A stretch of 49,836 nucleotides of DNA, taken from the IMG/VR virus record IMGVR_UViG_3300037408_000887, positions 1 through 49,836 of that record, one strand, 5' to 3'. Source of the DNA: a virus (Duplodnaviria > Caudoviricetes). Positions 29,757 to 38,616 of the stretch are shown one piece after another; positions within the stretch are counted from its first letter, which is position 1, and every line of letters starts with the position of its first letter. The position numbers and the translations under genes were made by a program. The notes under the pieces were generated by a model that worked only from the letters and a program-made list of their open reading frames with translations, had not been told where the DNA came from and did not search any database.

Positions 29757-29943
29757 CTGTCTCGTGGAAAAGTCGGTCGATCGCTTCCATGATTTCCGAT
29801 TCTGTCATTCTGCTATTCCGCGCTTTCTTGAGTACGTCCATAACCGACTCAAGCAGAATGCGATAAAATGCCTCAAGGTCCCCGGCGAGTTCGTTCCCAA
29901 GTTGCTCACAATCACGATACGTTATTCGCGGAGTCTGAATCAT
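29740..29943 (-). CDS. Small helical hypothetical protein
   Basis: Coupled between the portal and the large protein. Confidence 0.6.
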   Translation of the reverse strand: MIQTPRITYRDCEQLGNELAGDLEAFYRILLESVMDVLKKARNSRMTESEIMEAIDRLFHETGEIDE

Positions 29944-29946
29944 TCA

Positions 29947-31500
29947 CTACATTCCCGGTATCATGCCGCTCATCCCACCCGCTCCTCCTCCGGGGATGAG
30001 TTCTTGCGGAATCTGCTGTTGTGAACTCTTGGGCAGATCGAACTGCGGGTCAGCATACGGGTCCATGTTCATCTCATCAACACGGACTTCATTCACACTC
30101 CATATTCCGGAGTCAACCATTGATCGGTATTTCGAGATTTCTTTTTCCTCTGACATCTGAGTACGGAAGTCAAGTCGATATCCCCTCCCGAACTTGAACG
30201 GAATGATGTCATTATTGAACTGCATTTCCATCGCATAGAGAATCGGGACGATGGATTTCTCTTGGTCGATACGTTCTTGTGATTCCGATGTCGCACGTCC
30301 TGACGTATCGGCCGATCCTGTAAGATTGACCTCAAGGTTTGAGAGATTGAACACGAGCGCAATTTCTTCTCGGATCATCCTCTGCCTGTCCAGTTGAGTC
30401 GCGAGAGTATCTGATCTCGAAAGATCGAGAACCAAGGGCCTCCCGTATCCGGTCAGAGTTCTGATCGCATGCTTTCGCATTTCGTTCAGCTTATCCTCAA
30501 CGCGCCGCTCCTCCTCGGGGTCTGCAGGGATATCGAATCCCTCCTCTCCATTCCTGAAATCCCCGAACGGATTATTCCCTCCGAAAACGACGACCTTCTC
30601 GGGGAACGTTGACCCGTCCGCCTTTTGCGCCATCAACTCATCGAAGAAAAGATTCTCGGCAATTTTATTAACGAGACAATCGAGCGGGACAAAACCGTAT
30701 GGCCTCGCCGAGAGCGGGACATGGTTTACGTGGGTTATCTCATCCTTGAAGAATATCTGCGGCTCAAGTCCATCACATATCTGAACGAAACACGCAGGGC
30801 CCCCGGCATAACGGGACCTGAGCGGAAAGACGGTTCCCCCGGGGAGTATATAAATATTGTCGACGGTCTTGGCATCCTGACTCGCCTCTTTATAAATTGA
30901 TACGCCGCCATGGATGAGAAGATCACCGGCATATTGTTTCGCAAAATCGATCCACCGGTCTTGGTTGTTCGGGTGTTGTAGCCATTCGGATATTTCATCG
31001 GCGCGGTCTTGTCTTTCTGATTGCACCCTGCGCTTCCACCTTAAAAGCGCACGGTCGAAATTCGAGAGGTCCGGTAAACATTCGGGGAGTTCGGCCCTGA
31101 TTATTTGTGCTATCTTCGACCTTCCGACAAGATGCTCGATGTCGTCCGACTTTCCGTATTCATCGTAAAGCATTTTCGCATCCTTGAGGGTCGCGACGAT
31201 TTTGTCCTCGTTTTTCTTTTCAGGAACGACTTCCCATTCAACCGATGATATCCGGTTCATGCGGCCAGAGATAACGCCGAATATTGGGGCGCACAATTGG
31301 AAGATGGCAAGCCTCTCATAAACAGAGAGCGCGAAAACAGGATATTGGAAATCCCCGGACAGAAGGTCTCCGTCCTTGGTCCTTCCGGTAACGCCGACGA
31401 TCTGAGATAGTGAATAGGTTCGGTGTCCCCTCCCGGGATCCCTCTGTCGCCTCCATGGGTCTCCTTGCGAAAGTAACTGCTCAATGCTCATCATATACAC
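29947..31500 (-). CDS. Portal protein (HK97-like)
   Basis: F.......DLLIHG, YG..PL and IALVF...N.VR motifs; follows the terminase. Confidence 0.9.
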   Translation of the reverse strand: MYMMSIEQLLSQGDPWRRQRDPGRGHRTYSLSQIVGVTGRTKDGDLLSGDFQYPVFALSVYERLAIFQLCAPIFGVISGRMNRISSVEWEVVPEKKNEDKIVATLKDAKMLYDEYGKSDDIEHLVGRSKIAQIIRAELPECLPDLSNFDRALLRWKRRVQSERQDRADEISEWLQHPNNQDRWIDFAKQYAGDLLIHGGVSIYKEASQDAKTVDNIYILPGGTVFPLRSRYAGGPACFVQICDGLEPQIFFKDEITHVNHVPLSARPYGFVPLDCLVNKIAENLFFDELMAQKADGSTFPEKVVVFGGNNPFGDFRNGEEGFDIPADPEEERRVEDKLNEMRKHAIRTLTGYGRPLVLDLSRSDTLATQLDRQRMIREEIALVFNLSNLEVNLTGSADTSGRATSESQERIDQEKSIVPILYAMEMQFNNDIIPFKFGRGYRLDFRTQMSEEKEISKYRSMVDSGIWSVNEVRVDEMNMDPYADPQFDLPKSSQQQIPQELIPGGGAGGMSGMIPGM

Positions 31501-31553
31501 GGCGGGGCTCCTATTGGACGATTGAGTTTTTTAATCATACTTTGAGCAAAAAG

Positions 31554-33173
31554 TCAAGCCGTTTTTGATCCCTCAACGGGGCTGGTCGATACGGCATTGA
31601 CCATGATCCGCTTCGCAAGTATCGCATAGCATTCAGCATGAAAATAGTGATCGGCGGCGTTCCCCTCATCCCAATGGTATCGATCCCTGTCCTCATCATA
31701 GACTCGCGTACTCGCTGTCATCTGATCATAGAAGTCTGGAATAGATGCGGCGTTCCTAGGATAAAAAACCTGTTGCGTTATGATGGCCTCTTTCACGGCA
31801 TCGAGGGCGGGGGTCCTTGGGACGGTGACTTCTTTCTTCACGATATCAACACGCTCGACCCTATCCCCTCCGTAATAGCACATAAAGAAACCCTTGAACC
31901 GAGAACATAATCGCCGCGACATTCTGTATTCGGGCATAGCATCGACAACCGCTATTCTTACTCGATACCGACGGTAAAGATCGGCGACCTCCTGCTCATC
32001 CTTCACCGTGCCGATATAAACCGCTTTCATCGAACCATTCGCCGTTATTTCATTTATCCGAACATGCATGACTTTCCCGACGTCAACCCCCATGACCGAG
32101 ACTCCCGATGTCATGATGTCGGGCATTCCGTAATCACGGACACACTCATCGAGCATGAGAGTATCTATCCGGGCCCCCTTTGCCGTGAATGCCAACCCTA
32201 GATCAGCATTATAAAATCGAGCAAGGACCGAATCATTGGATAGTCCCTTGTTGAACCGATCGACAAGTTCCCTCATCGTTACGGTTCCGGAAAACATCTT
32301 GCTAATATGATAACCAGATTTTCTTCCTGCAGGGTTTTGAACAATCCATTCCCCGGGGGCGAAACGATCGAACGGCTTTCCGCACTTTTCACATATCGGG
32401 TTGATATCGTTATTCCCCTTGTAGTTCTTGTCGATAACCACGAACGTATCATCCGATACTTGCCGAACCACATTCTTGAAGAAATCAGGATGGAATTCAT
32501 GGCCGCATGAGGAGCATCGAATATACCATTCTTTTTGATCGCTTTCTCTCCACTCGGTATCGATTCCGAATCCGGAGAGGGTAGGGTTCGCGACCTTTAT
32601 TTGACGCTTCCTTGTGGACGCGCTCAATCGTTCTTCTCCCATGATGAGATTGTCCTGATCGCATTCATCAAGTTCGTCCACGATGAACCAGTCTGCAGGA
32701 AATTCGGTAAATGGAGCGGTTGAATTCGATCCTGAAAATGCAATAGCACCGCGCCCGAGATGCTTGAGGCTTGTGCTTGACGACTTGTGATACTCCTCTC
32801 TCCTCAAGAGGGCCTGATAATATGGTGTGAATTCCACGGAGCGGTCGAACCTATTTTGAACAAACCGGTTCTTGAGAGTATCAGTCGGGAGAGTGTAAAA
32901 AACAGAAACGTCTCGGGCTCCCATAATCGTCTCAACGAGTAGCCACTCAGAAATTCCGCATTGAGTTGATTTCTTTACGACGATATACGGGTTCCTATCG
33001 AAGAACATATCCCGCATGAAAGACCATCGAGCAAGGGAACACGATTCTCCCTTGTGGGTCCTGTGGTGGTAAAGGAATGACCAGAACGCTGGAAAGTGCT
33101 TATATAAATAATCGTGCATCTTACGATGATCGACGTGCCGCGATTCCGAGTTCAATCTCGATCCGCTCCTCAT
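31554..33173 (-). CDS. terL: Terminase large subunit (lambda gpA-like)
   Basis: KSTQCGISE Walker A variant, IVDELD Walker B, CSSCG / CEKCG zinc motifs, GVDVG nuclease motif, DHYFH. Confidence 0.92.
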   Translation of the reverse strand: MRSGSRLNSESRHVDHRKMHDYLYKHFPAFWSFLYHHRTHKGESCSLARWSFMRDMFFDRNPYIVVKKSTQCGISEWLLVETIMGARDVSVFYTLPTDTLKNRFVQNRFDRSVEFTPYYQALLRREEYHKSSSTSLKHLGRGAIAFSGSNSTAPFTEFPADWFIVDELDECDQDNLIMGEERLSASTRKRQIKVANPTLSGFGIDTEWRESDQKEWYIRCSSCGHEFHPDFFKNVVRQVSDDTFVVIDKNYKGNNDINPICEKCGKPFDRFAPGEWIVQNPAGRKSGYHISKMFSGTVTMRELVDRFNKGLSNDSVLARFYNADLGLAFTAKGARIDTLMLDECVRDYGMPDIMTSGVSVMGVDVGKVMHVRINEITANGSMKAVYIGTVKDEQEVADLYRRYRVRIAVVDAMPEYRMSRRLCSRFKGFFMCYYGGDRVERVDIVKKEVTVPRTPALDAVKEAIITQQVFYPRNAASIPDFYDQMTASTRVYDEDRDRYHWDEGNAADHYFHAECYAILAKRIMVNAVSTSPVEGSKTA

Positions 33174-33630
33174 CTTCTTTCGATACGGTGTATTCTCTCA
33201 GGTCCTCGATTTGAACCTTATCGGGAACAAGGCCCCTCAGAAATTCCCTCGCCGCTATCACCCTATTTCGTTCTGCTCCATATCTCAATATGTGCCGTGC
33301 TGTCAAGATCGCTTCTCTGCGGCATTCAAGAAATAGGGCAAGATCGTTCTTCTGCAATCCCTCGATGCATTTTTCAACATCGGGCTTATGCCTCCTCTCT
33401 TTCGCAATAGTAACCGACCGCCCGATCTTCTTCGCAAGGGCGGGACTTTTTATCCCCGGGTCGCGTATGATTGCAGAGACTATCGCCTTATCGATGTCCT
33501 CAAGTTGGTCAAACAAGTCGAACGTATTCCCTGTGCAGGACAGTTCCGGCAAGTTTCGTTCGATTTCCTGATCATCCATTTCCCCTTCGACTAGATAATC
33601 GTCATCGATATTTTGGTTCTTTTTTGCCAT
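33121..33630 (-). CDS. terS: Terminase small subunit (HTH)
   Basis: HTH-like DKAIV..I.RDP......LAKKIGRS; immediately upstream of terL. Confidence 0.75.
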   Translation of the reverse strand: MAKKNQNIDDDYLVEGEMDDQEIERNLPELSCTGNTFDLFDQLEDIDKAIVSAIIRDPGIKSPALAKKIGRSVTIAKERRHKPDVEKCIEGLQKNDLALFLECRREAILTARHILRYGAERNRVIAAREFLRGLVPDKVQIEDLREYTVSKEDEERIEIELGIAARRSS

Positions 33631-33632
33631 GG

Positions 33633-34319
33633 TTATATTATTGCGTTCAAGACTTTCCGAACGAGGTCAACGGTGAATTTCGAGAAGTGAACCATGTCGC
33701 ACAATACAAGGGGGTCGGGTTCTCCGGTATCATGATCAAGGAAAGGCGAGTATGTATCAACGACGAACGGGCTCCACGTAGACCTCTGAGCAGTCCTTAT
33801 TGTGTCCATCTCTTTTATCCATTGCTCCCTTGACTTGGGGGCTCCTGCCATTTCTGAAAGTTTCTCAAGCCACTTTGCATGAACAGGGGGGATGAGGATA
33901 ATGCATGATCGGATGAACATGCTCCTAAGTACCTTCAATAAGTCCGGAATCTGACCCATGTCACTTTTCAATGAGCAGTTTCCTCCGATACTGATCACCA
34001 CCTTGAGGTTCTTTATTGCCTTATAGACTTCTCTCCCGGGGCCTAGGAAATACTTTATCCAGTCTGCAGGGGTGGTCCCTCCCTCGCCCATGTTCAACAC
34101 GACATTCCCGAATTGCTTCATGGTCGTGTAGGTATTGAACATCGCTATCTCACTATCCCCTAAGATAACGGCATCAGGGCCACCGAATAATTTTGACATT
34201 GATAGTTGTCTCAGGTTTCTCTTGTGTGATCGTTCAGGTCCCATCTTCCCCGATATTGTCGGGGTGAGTTTCATAATCAGCTTGAACCATGTCCATTGAT
34301 AAATCTTGTTTAGTGTCAT
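33633..34319 (-). CDS. SGNH/GDSL-type hydrolase
   Basis: Block I GDSE, block II N.G.GG, block III GGN, block V DMVH. Confidence 0.8.
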   Translation of the reverse strand: MTLNKIYQWTWFKLIMKLTPTISGKMGPERSHKRNLRQLSMSKLFGGPDAVILGDSEIAMFNTYTTMKQFGNVVLNMGEGGTTPADWIKYFLGPGREVYKAIKNLKVVISIGGNCSLKSDMGQIPDLLKVLRSMFIRSCIILIPPVHAKWLEKLSEMAGAPKSREQWIKEMDTIRTAQRSTWSPFVVDTYSPFLDHDTGEPDPLVLCDMVHFSKFTVDLVRKVLNAII

Positions 34320-34495
34320 CAGTTTACACTCCTAGGGCTCAATTGGAGTTCGGTCGTGAAGGTAGTATCACAAAAATCGCATCCGATTTCGATCACATCG
34401 CCAAGAAAGAATTCAAAGTCGCCTCCGGGGTTTATCAGGAAGGAACGGCCACACCCGGGACATGTAACCTTGATTGCAAGTACGATCTCCGCCAT
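34319..34495 (-). CDS. 58-aa zinc-ribbon protein (not in ORF track), probably leaderless
   Basis: MAEIVLAIKVTCPGCGRSF...IGCDFCDTTF...SVN*. Its stop overlaps the next start (TGATG). Confidence 0.75.
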   Translation of the reverse strand: MAEIVLAIKVTCPGCGRSFLINPGGDFEFFLGDVIEIGCDFCDTTFTTELQLSPRSVN

Positions 34496-34501
34496 GAGTA
34501 C

Positions 34502-34530
34502 AATTTAAGGGCATAAAAAAAGCCCGTCAA
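34502..34530 (-). promoter_or_regulatory. Sigma70-type promoter heading the packaging / late operon
   Basis: TTGACG-17 bp-TAAATT, then 6 nt, then ATG 34495. Confidence 0.65.
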
Positions 34531-34549
34531 GTATTTTTACCTGACGGGC
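34515..34549 (-). terminator. Intrinsic terminator ending the second early operon
   Basis: Stem GCCCGTCA / TGACGGGC followed by T7 on the minus strand. Confidence 0.75.
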
Positions 34550-34555
34550 CAAAAA

Positions 34556-34741
34556 CTAGAGGGTGCGGCCAATCGCATCGATGATCTCCGACACTCCTCC
34601 ATCTGCGCGAAGTGCCGATATATGAACCGTTCGATGGACGATTGGACCACAATCCTCATGATCGACGACGACCTCAAGATTCCAGTCGAGATCGATTTTC
34701 TTAATTTCCAAAACCTTTGAACCAAAAAGTGTTCGGATCAT
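34556..34741 (-). CDS. Small hypothetical protein
   Basis: ATGA overlap with the peptidase gene; GGAGGG RBS. Confidence 0.55.
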   Translation of the reverse strand: MIRTLFGSKVLEIKKIDLDWNLEVVVDHEDCGPIVHRTVHISALRADGGVSEIIDAIGRTL

Positions 34742-35469
34742 TCTTCCCTCCCTTCGGGCGAATATAAATCAATCACCTTTTGCGCGTCGATAACGGAAAC
34801 CTCATCACGGAAATCATCATGCCCTCTGAAATCAATGACATTAGTGTCCCGATAATGCATGATACTATTATAGTCATAATCATATTTTCTATAATCGTAA
34901 AATCGTGGTTCGCTTGTCATGTAAACCTGTGAGAAATACAGAACACCCTTATCTTCGGGGAATGCCTCAACCAATATGGTAATATAATCATCACGATCGG
35001 GTCTTTGGTGTTCATGCTCAAGGCCAATAATATGGCCCAACTCATGCAACCAACAATAACGCACGGTTTTATGACACTTACCTCTCTGAACTTCCGTGAG
35101 TCCACCATGCACATCAATAGTCTCCCCCGATGATGAGCGAGAACAATATTCATCTCCAAAAAGATAATACTGACTCACCGAAATATTTTCTCCGGGGCCA
35201 GTCCATCCTCCTCCGCCATCTACGTCATATCTTATTATCGTGATAAAAGACTCATGATCAGCATCCGATAAATCAACATCGATGAACTCAACGGCGAACT
35301 CGGTCTTTATACTCCACTCCACCATGCATGACCGCAATTCTTTATATTCATCAATACTGAAACCTATCGCACGATACGGGATTTTGCCATCAATCCACAA
35401 ACGATTTCCATCGTCGTCATAACATGCGAATGAAAGAAAAACAAAAAGGATAAATATTATTTTTTTCAT
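34738..35469 (-). CDS. Astacin-family (M12A) zinc metallopeptidase, predicted lipoprotein
   Basis: HELGHIIGLEHEHQRPDRDDYI zinc motif and YDYNSIMHY Met-turn; signal peptide MKKIIFILFVFLSFA-C. Confidence 0.9.
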   Translation of the reverse strand: MKKIIFILFVFLSFACYDDDGNRLWIDGKIPYRAIGFSIDEYKELRSCMVEWSIKTEFAVEFIDVDLSDADHESFITIIRYDVDGGGGWTGPGENISVSQYYLFGDEYCSRSSSGETIDVHGGLTEVQRGKCHKTVRYCWLHELGHIIGLEHEHQRPDRDDYITILVEAFPEDKGVLYFSQVYMTSEPRFYDYRKYDYDYNSIMHYRDTNVIDFRGHDDFRDEVSVIDAQKVIDLYSPEGREE

Positions 35470-35497
35470 ATCACCCTCCCTGAGCCGAATAGACTCA

Positions 35498-35526
35498 AGA
35501 AAAGAGGGCGAGAATTAACTCGCCCC
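35498..35526 (-). terminator. Probable intrinsic terminator after the DUF932-like gene
   Basis: GGGCGAG-ttaatt-CTCGCCC followed by TCTTTTCTT. Confidence 0.55.
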
Positions 35527-35537
35527 CGATCTTCAAT

Positions 35538-36599
35538 CTACGCAACCTTCGCTTTCTTCGGGTCCTCATCTCGAATGATCTCCCATTCCCTAGGAGAAAG
35601 TTCGATGATTTTCCCTCCGGTCTGCTCGGCCTCGAACGCCTGATCCGGCTCAAGTGATTTCGCAAGAGCCGTTATCCCGTTCACGATCCCGTAACGCGAT
35701 ATGTTCCCTTCTTCAATCACGTTTCCGAGAATGGCCTCATTGTGCGCTTGAGGAATTCCATACCGACGGGTCACATTTTCTATGACCTGAGAAACCTTCG
35801 ATGCCTCGATCTTATCATCCGCCGCACGGCGAAGTTTTTCGATCTGAGACGTGAATGCTTGCTCAGTCACGGCATTCGCGAGAAGGTCTCGAATCCTGAG
35901 ACGATATGATTCAAGTTCGGCCTTGATTGTATCCGACCTGAATATATTATAGTCGTCCTCAAGATCGCCTACTCGACGCCCTGCATGCCGCTTTTTGAAA
36001 ACAGATTCGCTGACCAACCCATTCTCACATACGAGCCTCCATACTGACGAAAGTATTTCGGCATATGAGAGACCGATTTCAGAGTTAACCAGAGTAACCG
36101 CCAGCTTCACCACGTCTCCCTTAGTCACTTCCCCTTCTATCCGGTTGAAAACAACCTGCAGATAGAGGCGTTGATCGGTCAATGCATTGCATTTCACCGT
36201 CACGTCATTCCCATAATCAGAAAGGACGGGGAGGAAAGCGGAGAGAAGGAGAACGTTGTCAACGGGCTTGAATGAATCGCTTAGATATGCTCGTGCGCGA
36301 CCATCAAGAGTTCTCACGAGTCGCTTTTCTTCGCTATTCGCAAGTAACGCATTGACGTTGTAATCCCTGAGCCCCGGTATCTCTCCAATCCGATCATAGT
36401 ATGGTTTGGGGATTTGGAGTTTCGCGGCAAGCTGTCCATGAAAATGATCCGTCGGAGTGAACTCGCCATTATCGGGAACGATTATCTTGTTGTCCGATAA
36501 TTTCAAGAGTTTATCGGGAACGAGAAGGTCGCTTTTTGACCCTTCCTGTCTTTCGATCTCTTGAGCAAGTTCAGTAAGACTTCCATAGTTGCTTTTCAT
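35538..36599 (-). CDS. DUF932/DUF945-like phage protein
   Basis: RAYLSDSFKPVDN, NSEIG and RLVCENG...H.G motifs. Start 36599 with RBS. Confidence 0.75.
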   Translation of the reverse strand: MKSNYGSLTELAQEIERQEGSKSDLLVPDKLLKLSDNKIIVPDNGEFTPTDHFHGQLAAKLQIPKPYYDRIGEIPGLRDYNVNALLANSEEKRLVRTLDGRARAYLSDSFKPVDNVLLLSAFLPVLSDYGNDVTVKCNALTDQRLYLQVVFNRIEGEVTKGDVVKLAVTLVNSEIGLSYAEILSSVWRLVCENGLVSESVFKKRHAGRRVGDLEDDYNIFRSDTIKAELESYRLRIRDLLANAVTEQAFTSQIEKLRRAADDKIEASKVSQVIENVTRRYGIPQAHNEAILGNVIEEGNISRYGIVNGITALAKSLEPDQAFEAEQTGGKIIELSPREWEIIRDEDPKKAKVA

Positions 36600-36682
36600 A
36601 ACGCACACCCCTGTTTTTATTTGTCCTCATGTTGAGGACATGCGCCCCCGGCCCTCCAACAATGGGCGAGGGGGGCTTGAAT

Positions 36683-36922
36683 CTACACAAGCCCGAGAAT
36701 AATTGTCCACGACGGGTTCCCATGAGAACAATATCCATCGGGTTCGACTCGGCAACCACATGGAGTTTTCGATATTCCATCATTGTCCCATTTTTCAATG
36801 GTATTGAATGATGGAACGCGACCCTTGACGATTATCGCGCTTGGATATTTCTCGCGATAAGCATCAAAACTCACTCCTTCTTTTAGTGTCCGGAGTCCCC
36901 TCTCCCTTGAATAGACTTTCAT
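36683..36922 (-). CDS. Small Cys/His protein (CGC.VEPDG.C.HG.PSW)
   Basis: Metal-binding-like motif; AGGGGGTGTGTG RBS before ATG 36922. Confidence 0.7.
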   Translation of the reverse strand: MKVYSRERGLRTLKEGVSFDAYREKYPSAIIVKGRVPSFNTIEKWDNDGISKTPCGCRVEPDGYCSHGNPSWTIILGLV

Positions 36923-36933
36923 CACACACCCCC

Positions 36934-37329
36934 TTATCGTATTTCCCATGCGGCATCTTCATAACCATCAAGACATCTTATTGCCGATTTCCTGATCGTC
37001 TGAATGATTTTTGCCGCGACCGAATCGTGATAATCGGGAGTCTCGCAAGCCTGATAATCATAACAGTCACAGGCCGCAAGAATCTCGACCGGAGACCTGA
37101 GGCTTTCATGAATCCTCGGGAAAACATATTCCGGAACATCCTTACGTTCTTTATAACGGAAATTAACGCTCCGGTAATTTTCATTGAGGAGAATCTGCCC
37201 CGTCTCACTTTCGTTCCCCCTGACCTGCAATGGTTCCTCTACGGGTCCTAAGTAAACACAAACATCATGGAACGCCGCATATCGAACCAATACCGCAATA
37301 TGATTGTTGCTCACAATAAAAGCTGACAT
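36934..37329 (-). CDS. Hypothetical early protein (ENYRSVNFRY...C.DYQACE...W)
   Basis: AGGGGGTGTGTG RBS before ATG 37329. Confidence 0.7.
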   Translation of the reverse strand: MSAFIVSNNHIAVLVRYAAFHDVCVYLGPVEEPLQVRGNESETGQILLNENYRSVNFRYKERKDVPEYVFPRIHESLRSPVEILAACDCYDYQACETPDYHDSVAAKIIQTIRKSAIRCLDGYEDAAWEIR

Positions 37330-37391
37330 CACACACCCCCTTGAGTCTAGTAGACTCAGGGAAGGGCCCGTAAGACCCAACCCTCAGTCAA

Positions 37392-37577
37392 CTAGAAAGC
37401 CCACCGCGAAATATATATACTGAAATAACCGAAGATTATTTCACTCGATCTCCGGTCCTTATTCGTGACGAACTTTCTTTTCCTGAAACCCCTGCTCCAC
37501 GATGAGAAAATAAAAGCTATGTGGAGTTTTTTTGATACGCAAAACACTCTTGTTGAAACGATTCTTGGGGTGAACAT
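37392..37577 (-). CDS. Small basic hypothetical protein, first gene of the second early operon
   Basis: AAGGAG RBS before ATG 37577. The longer 109-aa call extends into a structured leader. Confidence 0.55.
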   Translation of the reverse strand: MFTPRIVSTRVFCVSKKLHIAFIFSSWSRGFRKRKFVTNKDRRSSEIIFGYFSIYISRWAF

Positions 37578-37714
37578 TTGATACTCCTTTGGAATTTCTG
37601 AGGGCATAATCGCCTGAGATGATTCTCTGCGCTTCGATTGGATTCTCCGATTGAGGGGGCGGCTTGCCATGACTATCCGCTCAATCAGGTCCCCCGTTCT
37701 ACTCTGCCCCGTGG

Positions 37715-37743
37715 TTGTCAAAGAACTCCGCTTTCGCGGGTTC
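37715..37743 (-). promoter_or_regulatory. boxB-like GAAA hairpin followed by boxA-like GTTCTTTGACAA
   Basis: The minus strand reads CCGC-GAAA-GCGG-A-GTTCTTTGACAA about 60-85 nt after a strong promoter. Confidence 0.55.
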
Positions 37744-37807
37744 GAGTGGTTCCGGGTCCTTATGGCCTCGCGCCCCTCGGGATGCTCCCGGCCCGTTCTC
37801 TATAATG

Positions 37808-37860
37808 AATATACACCCCCCCCCGCCCTGTGTCAACCTTTTTTCTATTTTTTTTCTACT
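37808..37860 (-). promoter_or_regulatory. Strong sigma70 early promoter with A-rich UP element and G9 spacer tract
   Basis: TTGACA-CAGGGCGGGGGGGGGTG (17)-TATATT; upstream AAAAAAATAGAAAAAAG is shared with the promoter at 46888. Confidence 0.85.
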
Positions 37861-38113
37861 TTTTCTGGAACGATTTTTTGAACTTGAGGCTTTTCGTCTG
37901 AGGGGGGATATCGAAATGATCGCAAAATTTGTCCTCGGTCCATTTCGGGATAGGCTTATTCAGGTGACATACTGAGCAGAGATAAATAATATTATCAGGG
38001 TGGTCTATGTATTTCCGATATAGTTTTCTTGATAATTTTTTTTGACTGAAACGATGGTGACGATGCTCCGCAGTTCGGGAACATCCCGGGATTCCACAAG
38101 GGCGGATGATCAT
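37856..38113 (-). CDS. HNH endonuclease
   Basis: CGIPGC....HRHH...N...LCSVCH. Confidence 0.75.
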   Translation of the reverse strand: MIIRPCGIPGCSRTAEHRHHRFSQKKLSRKLYRKYIDHPDNIIYLCSVCHLNKPIPKWTEDKFCDHFDIPPQTKSLKFKKSFQKK

Positions 38114-38418
38114 GGCGCAAAGAAAAGAGTATCAGGGCAGAGATGCGCCACGTCGTCTGTTGATCTCGCGACGATATACTCCCCGCCATGGGATTCGATC
38201 TCATGCTGAAATCTTATCTGCCGATCTGATTGAGTCCCGGTTTTTGATTTGGTCTCGATCCATACGGTTCGCCCATCTTTAATTGCCGTCATGTCCGCGA
38301 GTCCTTTGTGACTTAGGGCATGAGCAACGTTGATATAAACGAACCACCCGCTAAGACGGAGTTGCCGCCTTACCTCAGCGCGAATATCGACTTCTCTTAT
38401 TTGAGCAATCCTATTCAT
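38110..38418 (-). CDS. VRR-NUC / Holliday junction resolvase-like nuclease, probably leaderless
   Basis: E..I, G.AD......G..VWIETK...G.QS..Q..F......GG.Y.VARS. Start 38418. Confidence 0.88.
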   Translation of the reverse strand: MNRIAQIREVDIRAEVRRQLRLSGWFVYINVAHALSHKGLADMTAIKDGRTVWIETKSKTGTQSDRQIRFQHEIESHGGEYIVARSTDDVAHLCPDTLFFAP

Positions 38419-38424
38419 GAATAA

Positions 38425-38453
38425 AAAATAACATAAGTACGACAAGATGTCAA
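38425..38453 (-). promoter_or_regulatory. Sigma70 promoter with extended -10
   Basis: TTGACA-17 bp (ending TGT)-TATTTT, then 6 nt, then ATG 38418. Confidence 0.7.
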
Positions 38454-38458
38454 GCATT

Positions 38459-38614
38459 TCAGAGGTCATCGACATACTCGTTCGCCCCTACATAGAATCG
38501 CTTGTGCAATTTATAAACAGACTCGGTATTTTTTTCAATTGAGATTGCAAGCCTATCAATTGCCACGGTTGCAAGGGAGGATATCGAAACGAGGAAACAT
38601 GCGAGAAGGACCAA
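38459..38614 (-). CDS. Possible 51-aa membrane-anchored protein (TTG start)
   Basis: Open frame filling the gap, AGGGA RBS, hydrophobic N-terminus. Confidence 0.35.
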   Translation of the reverse strand: MVLLACFLVSISSLATVAIDRLAISIEKNTESVYKLHKRFYVGANEYVDDL

Positions 38615-38616
38615 GA

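Noticed and set aside
31520-31558. Promoter upstream of the portal gene (TTGACT...TATGAT)
   Set aside because: The spacer is only 12 bp.
37640-37690. CTGATTGA as a hammerhead ribozyme core
   Set aside because: It does not match CUGAnGA and is fully paired in a simple stem with no correctly placed GAAA.
37578-37721. N-terminal extension of the 109-aa ORF 37392..37721
   Set aside because: The TTG start has no RBS and overlaps the boxA-like structured leader; a good RBS precedes ATG 37577.
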